Program-made: the position numbers and the translations under genes
Notes under the pieces: model-generated
Database searches by the model: none
What the model was told of the DNA's origin: nothing
The model's input: the letters and a program-made list of their open reading frames with translations, nothing else
Assembly: GCF_006345805.1 (NCBI RefSeq)
Contig: NC_042997.1
Location: forward strand, 126,232,001-126,296,000
Length of the DNA: 64,000 nucleotides
From: Octopus sinensis
Lineage: Eukaryota
Direction of reading: 5' to 3'
In this document: positions 1-12,415 of the stretch, one piece after another
How the letters are laid out: each line of letters begins with the position of its first letter
How positions within the stretch are numbered: position 1 is the first letter of the stretch

Positions 1-525
1 AGTAATAATTTCTTGGAATTGTCTCCCCTTTTCTTTGTGAGTTGCTCAAAACTGCTGCATGGTTTTTGTTTGCTTTCTCTAATTTTAATTCATTTGAAAT
101 TTATGTTTTGCATACATCATTCAGAATATCACTATCTATTCCTGATTATATAATACACGTCATACTTGTGTTCAAACACCCACAGTGAAATGAAGGTGTA
201 ATTGAGTGAGCAGTGAGTGGGAAATCATGATGACAAACAATATGGATATTAATATTTTTGATATTTTAGTAATGTTATTGTTGTTTAGTCTCATGTTGGA
301 CTTTTTCTAACCAACCAATGATAACATTGTAGTCCAACAATGACCATTCCTCTTATAGTAGACTTGCAGTGCAGGTTTCTGATCCTGCTAAAGTTTGTTG
401 GCCAGGTGAGAATGTCATATAACACACTGTAGAGACAGAGAGAGAGGGAGGGAGAGAATCTTAAGATATTAGTCAATATGTCATTATGTCATTATTTAAG
501 ACAGAGCAATGTGATTTGAAGAATA

Positions 526-1135
526 TCTGTGGCTGTGTGACAAGAAGTTTGCTTTGAAGGTGGCGAGCTGGCAGAATCATTAGCACACTGGATGAAATGC
601 TTAGCGGTATTTCATCTGCCATTACGTTCTGAGTTCAAATTCTGCCGAGGTCGACTTTGCCTTTCATCCTTTCGGGGTCCATAAATAAAGTACCAGTTAC
701 GCACTGAGGTCAATGTAATCGACTTAATCCGTTTGTCTGTCCTTGTTTGTCCTCTCTGTGTTTAGCCCCTTGTGGGCAATAAGGAAATAAGAAGCTTGCT
801 TCCCAACTGTATGTTTCCAGGTTCAGTCCCACTGTGTGGTGTCTTGGGCTAGTGTTGTCTGATATAGTCTCAGGCTGTCCACAGCCTCGTGAGTGGATTT
901 GGTAGATGGAAACTGAAAGAAGCCTATTGTATGTGTGTGTGTGAGTGTGTGCACATGTGTGTCATTGTGTTTGTGTTTGTTCCCCATCACCACTGGACAA
1001 CTGGTGTTGGTTTGTTTATGTCCCAGTAACCTAGTCATAGTACTGGGGTCAATTTGTTCCGCTAAAATTCTTCAAGCATGGCCTGAAGCAAGTAAAAGAT
1101 AGAAGAAAATAAAAAAAAAGAAAAACATACAGAGG
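526..1135 (+). mobile_element. CORE-type tRNA-derived SINE, interrupted by a nested SINE at 558-790
   Basis: Head ggctgtgtg..aagaag(t/c)ttgctt|cccaac, then body with family motifs (ggatttggtagatggaaactgaaagaagcc, ccagcatggccacag). The nested insertion is flanked by a 13-bp duplication aagaagtttgctt/aagaagcttgctt. Confidence 0.75.
558..790 (+). mobile_element. tRNA-derived SINE, family with central gtcgactttgcctttcatcctttcggggtcga (Meta-domain-like)
   Basis: A-box-like tggcagaatcattag and B-box gttcaaattc. More than 10 related copies in the window. Flanked by a TSD. Confidence 0.85.
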
Positions 1136-1363
1136 TGGTGCCCCAGCATGGCCACAGCCTCACGGCTGAAACATATAAAAGAATAAAAGAACTGAGGATC
1201 TCAAAGTTCATATAAGAACTGGTTACATTGCATAATGCAGCACATCTCACACAGAAAAAGAAAATAATGATAAAATGCCATTTTGTGATGCCATTTCATA
1301 GTTATATACGCCATCACTATGACTTCTTCTCATTGGTTAACTTATCTTACCAGTGCCAAATGT

Positions 1364-1666
1364 GGAGGCACATGGCCTAGTGGTTAGAGCAGTGGACTTG
1401 CAATTGAGGGATTGCAGGTCCGAATCTCAGACTGGGCAATGTGTGTTATTATGAGTGAAACACCTAAGCTTCACGTGGCTCTGGCAGAAGGTAATAGCAA
1501 ACTTCTGGTGACTCTTTCGCCACAACTTTCTCTCACTCTTTCCTCCTGCATCTTGCAACTCACGTGCAATGGACCAGCGTCCCATCCAGGTGGGGAACCT
1601 ATACGCCAAGGAAACTGGGAAACCGGCCCTTATGAGCTAGGCATGGCTCAAGAAGTAACAAACAAC
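1364..1666 (+). mobile_element. tRNA-derived SINE (third family)
   Basis: tRNA-like head catggcctagtggttagagcagtggac...gtccgaatc. The 5' half is shared with the copy at 32296-32580. Confidence 0.7.
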
Positions 1667-1936
1667 CAGTGACAAATTAGATGCCACTGTACTCACATGT
1701 TTGTTTGTTTGACTAATTTCTTGAACACTTTGCTCTTTTATCTCAGAAGCTATTGAAGCTAGATAATCTGACGCTTTATATAAATAAGGTACAGGTATGA
1801 CCATGGAGTCAAGAAGTTTATTCTGGATTTGATTCCATTGTGTGGCATCTTTGGTGGCTTTTACCACTACTTCAGATCAACCTAAGCCTTTTAAGAGAAA
1901 CTGAGTAGACAGAAACTGTGTAGAAGCTTCTGTCAA

Positions 1937-2352
1937 GGTGGCGTGCTGGCAGAAACATTAGCATGTTGGGTGAAATGCTTAGTGGTATGTCTGCCGCTAT
2001 GTTCTGAGTTCAAACTTCGCTGAGGTCGACTTTGCCTTTCATCCTTTCGAGGTCGATTAAAAAAGTACCAGTTATGAACTGGAGTCGATATAATCGACTT
2101 CATCCGTTTGTCTGTCCTTGTTCATCCTCTCTGTGTTTATCCCCTTGTGGGTAGTAAAGAAATAGGTATTTTGTCTGCCGCTACGTTCTGAGTTCAAATT
2201 CCGCCGAGGTGGACTTTGCCTTTCATCCGTTCGGGGTCAATTAAAAAAGTACCAGTTATGAACTGGGGTCGATATAATCAACTTAATCCATTTGTCTGTC
2301 CTTGTTTGTCTCTTCTGTGTTTAACCCCTTTTGGGCAATAAAGAAATAAGAA
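1937..2352 (+). mobile_element. Meta-like SINE, head-to-tail dimer
   Basis: The second unit starts at aaataggtattttgtctgcc directly after the first tail. Confidence 0.8.
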
Positions 2353-3340
2353 GCTGTGTAGGAGCACATTAGATGGATTATATTAATTCAGAGGCACAGT
2401 TTTATTACACTGTATCATGTTGCTTCTGCCAGAGAATTACATTAACGGCATATGCATCTTGCATGTTAATTCACTGAATATATTGAAGCGGGAATATTTA
2501 GCTATCATATCACTAAATCCCATGTCATAAATATTACCTACATCACTGAAAATGTCTGACTGATCAAGACTTTGCATGAAACAGGTTCCAACAACAGTTT
2601 CATCTTTTTGTGAATGCATCAACATATATTCAATTCACCTTTGCTACTTCAACAAACTGTGAAGAGATGGTAGACAGACTGTGAAGAGATGGCAGACAGC
2701 AGCTGATCCCAGCTGGCAACATGAAAGCTATGAACAGGCAATGAAGGAAAACCATTAGAAGACAGTAGCATAGCCAGCAGCTAAATAATAAATGAACAGC
2801 AACACCAGCACCTGCTAACATTTTGATTTCTGCTACAATTATACGAATCCAAGAACAATAATATTCAAACACTCTCATTCATAATAATGACAACATTTTT
2901 CTTTGTTCATGAAAAGAACAAATATTTTGTTTATCAAGAATCTCAACAAATATCAGTGTTCTTCTTTGTAACAAGGTAATGCAGTGGATCAGACAAATAA
3001 ATCCTCTTTGATTTATGAATATCCAATTGCATTATACAATGCTGAGCATGCATACTAATGTAAACATGTAAGCATGGTTTTTCACACCAAAATTATCAGT
3101 ACATGAAGAAGGCTGTGAAACAGCTGTAATCCTAAAGATGTCAGATGATTAAAGAAATATGATCACCTCTCATGTCTTCTGACTTTTATGGTTTATGCAC
3201 ACCTGATTGAATCTTCTGCAAGAACACTTTGCATTACACTTCTCTCTATTGGATTACTATATGGACTGTTAGTTGAATCAGTTAGAGGAGCTTTCTGTGA
3301 TAGCCCCACGATTCTCTGAATCCATATCTTATGCTACAAT

Positions 3341-3373
<33 letters not shown>

Positions 3374-3400
3374 TATATATATGATGATATATTTATATAT

Positions 3401-3775
3401 AGTGGCTCTGTGGTAAGTAGCTTCCTAACCAACCACATGGTTCCGGGTTCACTCCCACTCCGTGGCACCATGGTGGCAAGTGTCTTCTACTATAGCCTTG
3501 AGCCAAGCAAAGCCTTGTGAGTGGATTTGGTTGACAGAAACTGGGTGTGTGTGTATATGTGTCTATATGTTTGTGTGTATATGTTTATCCCTCCACCATT
3601 GCTTGACGACCTATGTTGATGTGTTTATGTCTCTGTAACTTAGTGGTTTGGCAAAAGAGACCAATAGAATAAGTACTAGGCTTACAAAGAATAGGTCCTG
3701 GGGTCAGTTTGTTCAACTAAAAGTGGTGCTCTTCATTGCCACAGTCAAATGACTGAAACAAGTAAAATGATAAAA
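3401..3775 (+). mobile_element. CORE-type SINE
   Basis: gtggctctgtggtaagtagc...ggttccgggttcactccc head, CORE-like ggcaagtgtcttctactatagcc, 3' cagtcaaatgactgaaacaagtaaa. Confidence 0.85.
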
Positions 3776-4269
3776 GAATGTATACATATATATATATTGG
3801 CGTTAAGAAAGGCATCCAGCCGTAGAAACCATGCCCAATCAGATTGGAACCTGGTGCAGTTTCCTAGCTTACCAATTTTCAGTCAAACTGTCTAACCAAT
3901 GCCAGTGTAGAAGGTAGATGCTAAATGATGATGATGATGATGATGATGATGATATATATATACAAATACATACATACATACATACATACATACATACATA
4001 CATACATACATACATACAAGCATACATACCCTCTCTCTCTTTTGGAGAGGCACAAGCACCTACACGCACATATACACACAGGTAGTAACTTCCGCCTGCC
4101 GAATTCAATCACAAAGCTTCGGTCGGCTCGGGGCTATAGCAGAAGACACCTACCCAAAGTGCCTCGCAGTGGGACTGAACCCGAAACTATATAGCTAGGA
4201 AGCAAGCTCCCTAACCACACAGCCATGCCCGGCATACATATATATATATATATACAAAATTTTTTTGTA

Positions 4270-5257
4270 ATGAGATAACAAAGTTTCTGCCAGCTCACTG
4301 CCTTTCAAGTCAAAGGTCTTGGCCATTTGTCACTGCCTTCTTGAGGAAGATCGACCAGGTCGTTCAGTTGAGTTTGATGATAAGCTTCTTGAGGCATAAC
4401 TGCATTATCAGTTGAAGAATTGGCAATAAAGTTTAGTTCAAACCATACAAGTGTTCATCGTCATCTTCAATAACTTGGAAAGGTTCCTAAACTTGGAAAA
4501 TGGCTGCCTCATGAATTGTCTGAAAGCAGCCACAAATCCCGAGTTGACATCTGCTCTTCTCTCCATTCTCACGAACTCATTTCACCCTTTTTGGATAGAC
4601 TTGTGACTGGTGACAAAAAATGGATCTTCCATCGTAATGTTAAATATCATAAACAGTGGCTTGGTAAAACGGAAAAAGCTCAACCACATCTGAGAAGGGA
4701 ACTTTGTGGGAAAAAGGTTCTTCTCTTTATCTGGTGGGATTGCAAAGGAGTAATTCACTTTGAATTGTTAGCACCTAATGCAACAATCAATGCTCAAGTC
4801 TACTGTCAACAATTAGAGCGTTTGAACTGAGCTACGAAGAAGAAAAGACCCTTTTAGTGAATTGAAAAGGAGTGATGTTTCATCAGGACAATGCGCAACC
4901 CCACACTGCAAAGATCACATCACAGAAGATCAAAGAGCTGGTTGGGAAAAAATTCCTCATCCACCTTATTCTCCTGACCTTGCTCCTTCAGACTACCATT
5001 TGTTTCGTAGTTTACAGAATCATTTGGGGAACATAAATTTCGCAAGCCAGGAGGAGTCGAAACTGACTTTCAGAGTTCTTCACTTTGAAACCAAAAGAGT
5101 TTTACAATGATGGGAATAAAAAGCTTATAAATAGATGGGAGGAAGTCATAGATAATCAGGGAAAGTACATTGATGATTAAATTTCAAATAAATATAACAT
5201 TTGATCACTTGTTTTCTTTATTCAAAATTCAGACAGAACTTATGGGATGACCTGATA
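4270..5257 (+). mobile_element. Decayed mariner (D,D34D-type) DNA transposon
   Basis: Translations contain WLPHEL, LVTGDKKW, KVLLFIWWDCKG, (H)QDNA, PHPPYSPDLAPSDYHLFRSL, with stops and frameshifts. Right TIR gacagaacttatgggatgacctgata at 5232-5257. Confidence 0.92.
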
Positions 5258-5810
5258 CAACAGTGTAAGTATCTTGAGAGAGAAGGTGGGCATAAGAAGC
5301 ATCAGATATAGTGTGCAAGAGAGACAACTGCGCTGGTATGGTCATGTGATGTGTATGGACAAGGACAGCTGTATGAAATAGTGCTGATCTTTAACTGTGG
5401 AGGGAACATGTGGAAGAGGTAAACCCAGGAAGACTTGGGATGAAGTGGTGAATCATGATCTTCAGATGTTGAGCCTCATGGAGACAATGAATGAAAAGTG
5501 ACTGAGACCTTTGACAATATGCTATGCTTAAGAAGACTGGTCAAGCCAAGTGAAATTCTAGTTGTTGCTGATACTGGTGTCTCATAACAGGCACGCTTTG
5601 AATGTTGAGCCTCACAGAGATGATAAGTGACCAAAACCTTTGGCAATATACCATGTTTTGGAAGACTTGTCAAACCAACTGAAATTGCAGTTGTAGCTGA
5701 GACTGGTTTCACATAGCTGGCACCTATGCTGGTGGCATGTAAAATGCACCCATCACACTCTTGGAGTGGTTGGCATTAGAAAGGACATCTGACATAACTT
5801 TGCTTCTCAT
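5258..5810 (+). mobile_element. RTE LINE 3' fragment with internal ~130-bp tandem duplication
   Basis: Encodes QERQLRWYGHV...GRGKPRKTWDEVV. Two copies of tgttgagcctca...actggt at ~5468 and ~5603. Confidence 0.8.
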
Positions 5811-5867
5811 CCTTGAAGTGATGAAAAGCAAAGTTGACCTCAATTGTGTTTGAACTCAGAACATCAC

Positions 5868-6066
5868 GTTAGACAATAATAATAATTATAATAATAATAA
5901 TGATGGTTTCTTTTCCTATTCTTATCATTATTACTGTTATCATTTGTGTTAAACAACAACCCCAACAATACTAATAACAATGATAATAATAATAATAATA
6001 ACAATGATAATAATAATAACAATGATAATAATAATAATAATAACAATGATAATAATAATAACAATG

Positions 6067-6098
<32 letters not shown>

Positions 6099-6192
6099 TA
6101 TGATAATAATAACAATGATAATAATAATAATAACAATAACAATAATAATAATAATAATAATAATAATAATCATAACAACAACAATAAAATTA
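5868..6192. repeat. Compound (AAT/AAC/GAT)n microsatellite
   Basis: Seen directly. The poly-N and poly-I ORFs derive from it. Confidence 0.95.
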
Positions 6193-6853
6193 TAACAAAC
6201 TGGACATTTCTTTCTCTTTTAAACTCTTTTCTGCCAATATTTTGCTTTTTTTTAGCTAATTACTAGAATATTAAGTATGCGACACCCTTCATCATTTGAC
6301 ATGTGATGTGATGGTGGTGGTGGGGAACTGTGGCTCATATAAAAACAAAATCAGACACTACCATCCCACATACAAATGAAATACAATAGAAATATTTTTA
6401 TATGCAGAACTATATAGCAACAGAATTTCATTAAGATATTTGTGATTATAATAACAGTAACTACTGTTGTTGTTCTTTAGCCCTTGGATAGCACAATCAA
6501 TCAGACTAGGTTTTTCTTTTTTTACGAATAGCATATTCAGGACTACAATAATTTATGCATTTACCGTTTGTTAAGGTCATATGATATGTTTTGAAGGATG
6601 TTTCACTGGTATTTCTAGCAGGTTCAGCTAATGAATAAAGGGTCCATGTTGTGGCTTGACAGTAACATTCTAACCAGTTATTTACTATAACCAATAATAT
6701 ACTGCTTGTGAAAAGTGGTTGGCGCTTGGATGGGCATCCAACCACAAAAAGTCCTGCTAAAACAGACACAGAAGTTTGGTGCGGGCTCCTGTCAAACCCC
6801 CCAACCCATGCCAGCATGGGAGGTGGAAGTTAAGCAATCATGATGATGATGAT

Positions 6854-6887
<34 letters not shown>

Positions 6888-6980
6888 AAATTAAATAAGG
6901 GTAGAAATTGATATTAATCAATTAAAACTTGTGGCCTAGCATGTTTTAAAAAAAATCTGAAGATTAAAAATGTTTTTACA

Positions 6981-7133
6981 TACAAAATTTAGAGGACTGA
7001 CCACTAAAAGTGGATAGCCTTTATGCTAGATATAGACGTCAAAATCGCCATTTTCCATGAAGAATGCGATTTTGACGTCTATATCTAGCGTAAAGGCTAT
7101 CCACTTTTAGTGGTCAGTCCTCTAAATTTTGTA
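6981..7133. repeat. Near-perfect inverted repeat, 68-bp arms, 17-nt spacer
   Basis: 6981-7048 pairs with 7066-7133 with one mismatch. Confidence 0.95.
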
Positions 7134-7687
7134 TATATATACATTTACACACACACACACACATCACAACATCCATCATCCACTCTCACTATTTATGCAC
7201 CTCCTTCAACCCACCATGCTTTCACCCTATCTTCTTCAGTATCATTGTCATAATAAAATTCCCCTCTTTCACATATTACTCTGTTAATTGGTGGTCAAAA
7301 CGAGCCATTAGTTTTGTCGAAAATATGGTAACCTCTCTCAGGCTGGTGCCATGAAAAATACACCCAGTATACTTTGTGAAGTGGTTGGTGTTAGGAAGGG
7401 CAACCAGCTATGTAAGTCAAGCCAAAAATGAACTTTATGAGCAAGATGTTCTCTTCCAGCCTATCTAGGAGAGCGACAACCATCCGTTGAACCCATTCCA
7501 ACATGGAAATGGACATAAAACAAAGATAATGACGATACACTAACACACACATTTACATGTATATGTGCATGTATATACATATATATATTTATATATAGAA
7601 ATAATTGAGATTCAGCTGAATTAGGTACTTAAGTTGAAGCACCATGTTAGTCTGGTATTATCCGTACAGCTCAAAGTAAGGTGAATA

Positions 7688-7994
7688 AAATCAAAATAAG
7701 CAACAGGATATCAAGAAATGATGCAGTACAACCATTTCAAGTGGCTCCATTTAATTGAGCAATGCAATCATTACATCAATTTAAATGCAGTGCCATCTTC
7801 AGCTGCACAGATAAACAGAATTTTAAATAAATAGAAATTAATTGTGTCTGACTGATTAAAATTCTATTTATTTGTGCAGCTGAAGGTGGCACTGCATTTA
7901 AATTTATGTAATGATTGCATTGTTCAATTAAATGGAGATGCTTGAAATGGTTGTACTGCATCATTTTTTGATATCCTGTTGCTTATTTTGATTT
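7688..7994. mobile_element. Fold-back palindrome (~139-bp arms) with a degenerate hammerhead motif in each arm
   Basis: 7688-7826 pairs with 7856-7994. Minus strand 7807-7722 reads UGCAG CUGAAGA...GAAAU GGUU GUA CUGCA. Confidence 0.75.
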
Positions 7995-7999
7995 ACCCA

Positions 8000-8445
8000 T
8001 GCCAATGGAACACTAAGAGCACCATCTGAGCATTATCGCTGCCAGAACAGCTGACTGGCTTCTGTGCCGGTGACACATAAAAAGCACCATTCAAATGTGA
8101 TTGTTACCAGCATTGCTATACTGGCACTTGTGCCAATGGCGCGTGAAAAACATTCGAGCGAGGTTGTTGCCAGTGCCGCTGGACTGGCTCCTGTGCAGGT
8201 GACACATAAAAAACACCACTTGAGCGTGGGCGTTGCCAGTACTGCCTGACTGGCTCTCGTGCTGGTGGCACATAAAAGCACCCACTACACTCTTGGAGTG
8301 GTTGGCGTTAGGAAGGATATCCAACTGAAGAAACTCTACCAGATCAGATTGGAATCTGGTACAGCCATCTGGTTCACCAGTCCTCAGTCAAATCGTCCAA
8401 CCCATGCTAGCATGGAAAGCGGACGTTGAACGATGATGATGATGA
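8000..8445 (+). mobile_element. RTE-type 3' tail element
   Basis: ggttggcgttaggaagg...ccaacccatgctagcatggaaagcggacgtt followed by a (GAT)n tail. Matches the 3' UTR of the RTE at 37846-41226. Confidence 0.85.
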
Positions 8446-8452
8446 TTATGAT

Positions 8453-8514
<62 letters not shown>

Positions 8515-9604
8515 CATCATCATCATCGTTTAATGTCCATTTTCCCTGCTAGCATGTGTCTCAAATTTTGGTTAAATCAGTGTTTCTCAAAGGGGAGGCC
8601 TATGGGACAGTCGGACAAGTTGTTTTGAGAAAATTTACTGTAAATGTTTGACAACTCAGCACCATCCATTGGACGGGGAGGGGGTGTTTTGCTTGTATAT
8701 ATATATATATGTATATATATATGTAACAAAAGAAATACTATTTATTATTATTTATATTCTAAGTGCTTTCATTCCTTCAATGAAATTTTCAAAGGCTGAG
8801 TATTATTGAGCAGATTTCTTTATATGTATGTGTTTGTGAGGAAAATCAGCTATTTGTTGAAAAATACCAGGAATTCAAATATATTTACTAAATGTGTTTC
8901 CTTCTCTTTGAGTTATAATTCACTGATTTGCAAAAGAAGTCAGACTACCAGGAAGTCAATATGTAATTGAATGTGGTTTTCTTTGTTCTTTAACGAAGAG
9001 TACACAGTGTATGTATGTATGTATGTATGTATGTATGTATGTATGTATGTATGTATGTATGTATGTATGTATGTATGTATGTCTGTGTGTATGTATGTAT
9101 GTATGCATTTATGTATGTGTGCATGTGTGTATATGTATGTATGTGTATGTGTGTGTATTATGCATGTATTAATATATGTATGTATGTGTGACTGTTTGCA
9201 TACATATTTATATATGTGTGTGTGCCTATATAAATGTGTGTGTGTGTCTATATATATATATATATGTGTGTGTGTGTACGTGTCCATAAATAGACACATA
9301 CTTATATATTTATTGAACGATACAGCTATGGAGACTCACTTACAGGACATCAAGTTTCTGTGTCAATGATACAATGATCACTGCACTTCTTCAGCTTCGT
9401 TGGTGTAGTTATGTATCTCATTGAATAATCAATACCATACAAGTCCAAGTTGAAGTGCTTTCATGAAAGAGAGAGTGCTCAACTGTTCACCAACACCAAT
9501 CCACCCTAAGAAGCATGAGGGTTTTTGCTACTAAGTGGGTGTTGGGAAATCTGCATATTAACCCTTTTGTCGCCATATTTCTGTTGAGATGATCTCTTTA
9601 TTCT

Positions 9605-10015
9605 TTTCACACTTTTACTTGTTTCAGTCATTTGACTGCAGTTATGCTGGAGTACAGCCTTTAGTCGAGCAAATTGACCCCAGGACTTATTCTTTGTAAG
9701 CCTAGTACTTATTCTATCGGTTTCTTTTGCCGAACCGCTAAGTTATGGGGTTGCAAACACACCAGCATCGGTTGTCAAGCGATGTTGGGGGAACAAACAC
9801 AGACACACAAACACACACACACACATATATATATACACACATATATATATATAAGACAGGCTTCTTTCGGTTTCTGTCTACCAAATCCACTCACAAGGCT
9901 TTGGTTGGCTCAAGGCTATATTAGAAGACACTTGCCCAAGGTGCCATGCAGTGGGACTGAACCTGGAACTATGTGGTTGGTAAGCAAGCAACTTACCACA
10001 CAGCCACTCCTGCGC
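9605..10015 (-). mobile_element. CORE-type SINE
   Basis: Reverse complement of the family at 3401-3775 and 11007-11430. Confidence 0.85.
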
Positions 10016-10304
10016 CTATGCTCTGTGTTTCTTTCAATTAATTTTAAATATAACAAAGAATTTAGTAAAGTAACTTAGTTATCATTAAGCTAGTGTTAGG
10101 AACATAAATTCTGACAAAGGTTTGGTAGAAGATTTTAATTCAAAACTCATGAAAACAAAGACATTTGTACTACAGAGCTTGGGCTGGTTTCAGCCAGGCT
10201 GGTAATGAAAGGGTTAACAAACTGTGTGTGGCAACAAAAAAGGTAGACCTCAAAAGCATTGGAAACAAAGGTGAATCTCTTTTGTCATCACATATGGTTT
10301 GTTA

Positions 10305-10343
<39 letters not shown>

Positions 10344-10768
10344 TCATCATCCTCAACATCATCATGATTTACTGTCTGTTTTCCATGCCTGCACAGGCTG
10401 GATGGGTTGACAGATGCTGGCCTGCCAGAAAGCTGACCAGGCTTCAATTCTGTGTTTTGGCATGGTTTTTAAGGTTGGACACCCTTCCTAAAGCTGACCA
10501 CTTTATAGAGTGTACTAGTTGCTTTTTATGTGGCCCAGCTTATATATTTTACTTGTCTCAGTCATTGGACTGTGGCCATGCTGGGGCACTGGTTCTAAAG
10601 GATTTAGTCAAACAAACTGACTCCAATATTTATGTTTTTTTTAAGCCTGATACTTATTCTATATATGTCTTTTTGGACCATGCCGCTAAGTTACAGGGAT
10701 ATAAACAAACCAACACTGGTTGGTTGTCAAGCACAAACAAAAAGACATGCTAAAATATATACATATAC

Positions 10769-10818
<50 letters not shown>

Positions 10819-11006
10819 TGATAATGTTTTGGTTTCCATTTACCAAATCCACTTTCACAAGGCTTTGGTTGGCCCAAGGCTATAATAGGAGAGAACCCAA
10901 ACCATATGGTTCTGATGCAAAATTCCCATCACATATCATACCTGCTTCTATAAATACATACATACATACATACATACATACATACATACATACATAAATA
11001 CACGCA

Positions 11007-11165
11007 GGAGCGGCTGTGTGGTAAGTAGCCTGTTTACCAACCACATGGTTCCGGGTTCATTCCCACTGCATGGCACCTTGGGCAAGTATCTTCTACTATA
11101 GCCTTGGGCTGACCAAAGCCTTGTGAGTGGATTTGGTAGACAGAAACTGAAAGAAGCCCGTCATA

Positions 11166-11210
<45 letters not shown>

Positions 11211-11430
11211 GAGTGTATATGTTTGTGTGTCTGTGTTTGTCCCCCAAACATCGCTTGACAATCGATGGTGGTGTGTTTACATCCCTGTAACTTAGTGGTT
11301 CGGCAAAAGAGAACGATAAAATAAGTACTAGGCTTACAAAGAATAAGTCCTGGGGTCGATTTCTTTGACTAAAGGTGGTGCTCCAGCATGGCCACAGTCA
11401 AATGACTGAAACAAGTAAAGGAGAGTAAAA
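11007..11430 (+). mobile_element. CORE-type SINE, well preserved, with internal (TA)n
   Basis: ggagcggctgtgtggtaagtagc head, caccttgggcaagtatcttc CORE-like segment, full 3' half. Confidence 0.9.
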
Positions 11431-11890
11431 GAGAATACATACCTACAAAACACACACACATATATATACCATATATACTCGAGAAATGGTTGATCTCATG
11501 TAAAAGTTAACTCCCTATTTTTGGTTAAATAATTAAGTATTTTCCATAGACCCGGTATAAAAATCAACCCTAGTATTTCATGAACAACAGGACAACATTT
11601 GTGGGCCAAGGTACCGTATTATAGAAATAGCACTGTCACAAAATTGTGTGGCTATCTTACTGTAGCCTGCTCTATAGGTGGAAAGCTTAGTGCTTACAAT
11701 TGAATGCTCAGTGCTCATAGTAAAATACTATTTAATAGTGAGCACTACGCATCTGTTGATGGGAGCTACATTACCATTACTAAAATGCATGCACAGGATA
11801 TGCTGCAAGCCTTGCATACATCTTGAAGCACAATAAACACATGCATCATACTCGTTGTTGTTTAGATAGTGAGAAATGTGTTTCATAAAA

Positions 11891-12341
11891 AGCGGCGAGC
11901 TGGCAGAAACATTAGCACGCCGGGCAAAATGCTTTGCGGTATTTTGTCTGTCTTTTACGTTCTGAGTTCAAATTCTGCCGAGGTCGACTTTACCTTTCAT
12001 CCTTTTGGGGTCGATTAAATAAGTACCAGTTATGCACTGGGGTTGATATAATCGACTTAATCCGTTTGTCTGTCCTTGTTTGTCCCCTCTGTGTGTAACC
12101 CCTTGTGGGCAGTAAAAAAATAAGAAATGTTAGCACGCTGGGCAAAATACTTTGTGGTATTTTGTCTGTCTTTACATTCTGAGTTCAAATTCTGCTGAGG
12201 TCAATTTTGCCTTTCATCCTTTTAGGGTCAATAAATTAAGTACCAGTTATGCACTGGGGTCAATGTAATCAACTTAATCCCTTTGTCTGTCCTTGTTTGT
12301 CCCCTCTATGTTTAGCCCCTTGTGGGCAATAAATAAATAAG
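11891..12341 (+). mobile_element. Meta-like SINE dimer inside a single TSD
   Basis: Two tandem units, flanked by agaaatgtgtttca at ~11872 and ~12340. Confidence 0.85.
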
Positions 12342-12415
12342 AAATGTGTTTCACAGACAACACTATTGACAAACACTGGCAAACACCACTGTCTAAATTC
12401 ATGCAAAGGCATGAC

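Noticed and set aside
1364-1440. tRNA-like sequences (also ~23530-23600 minus and ~32296-32350)
   Set aside because: These are SINE heads followed by SINE bodies, with no intact cloverleaf, so they are not called as tRNA genes.
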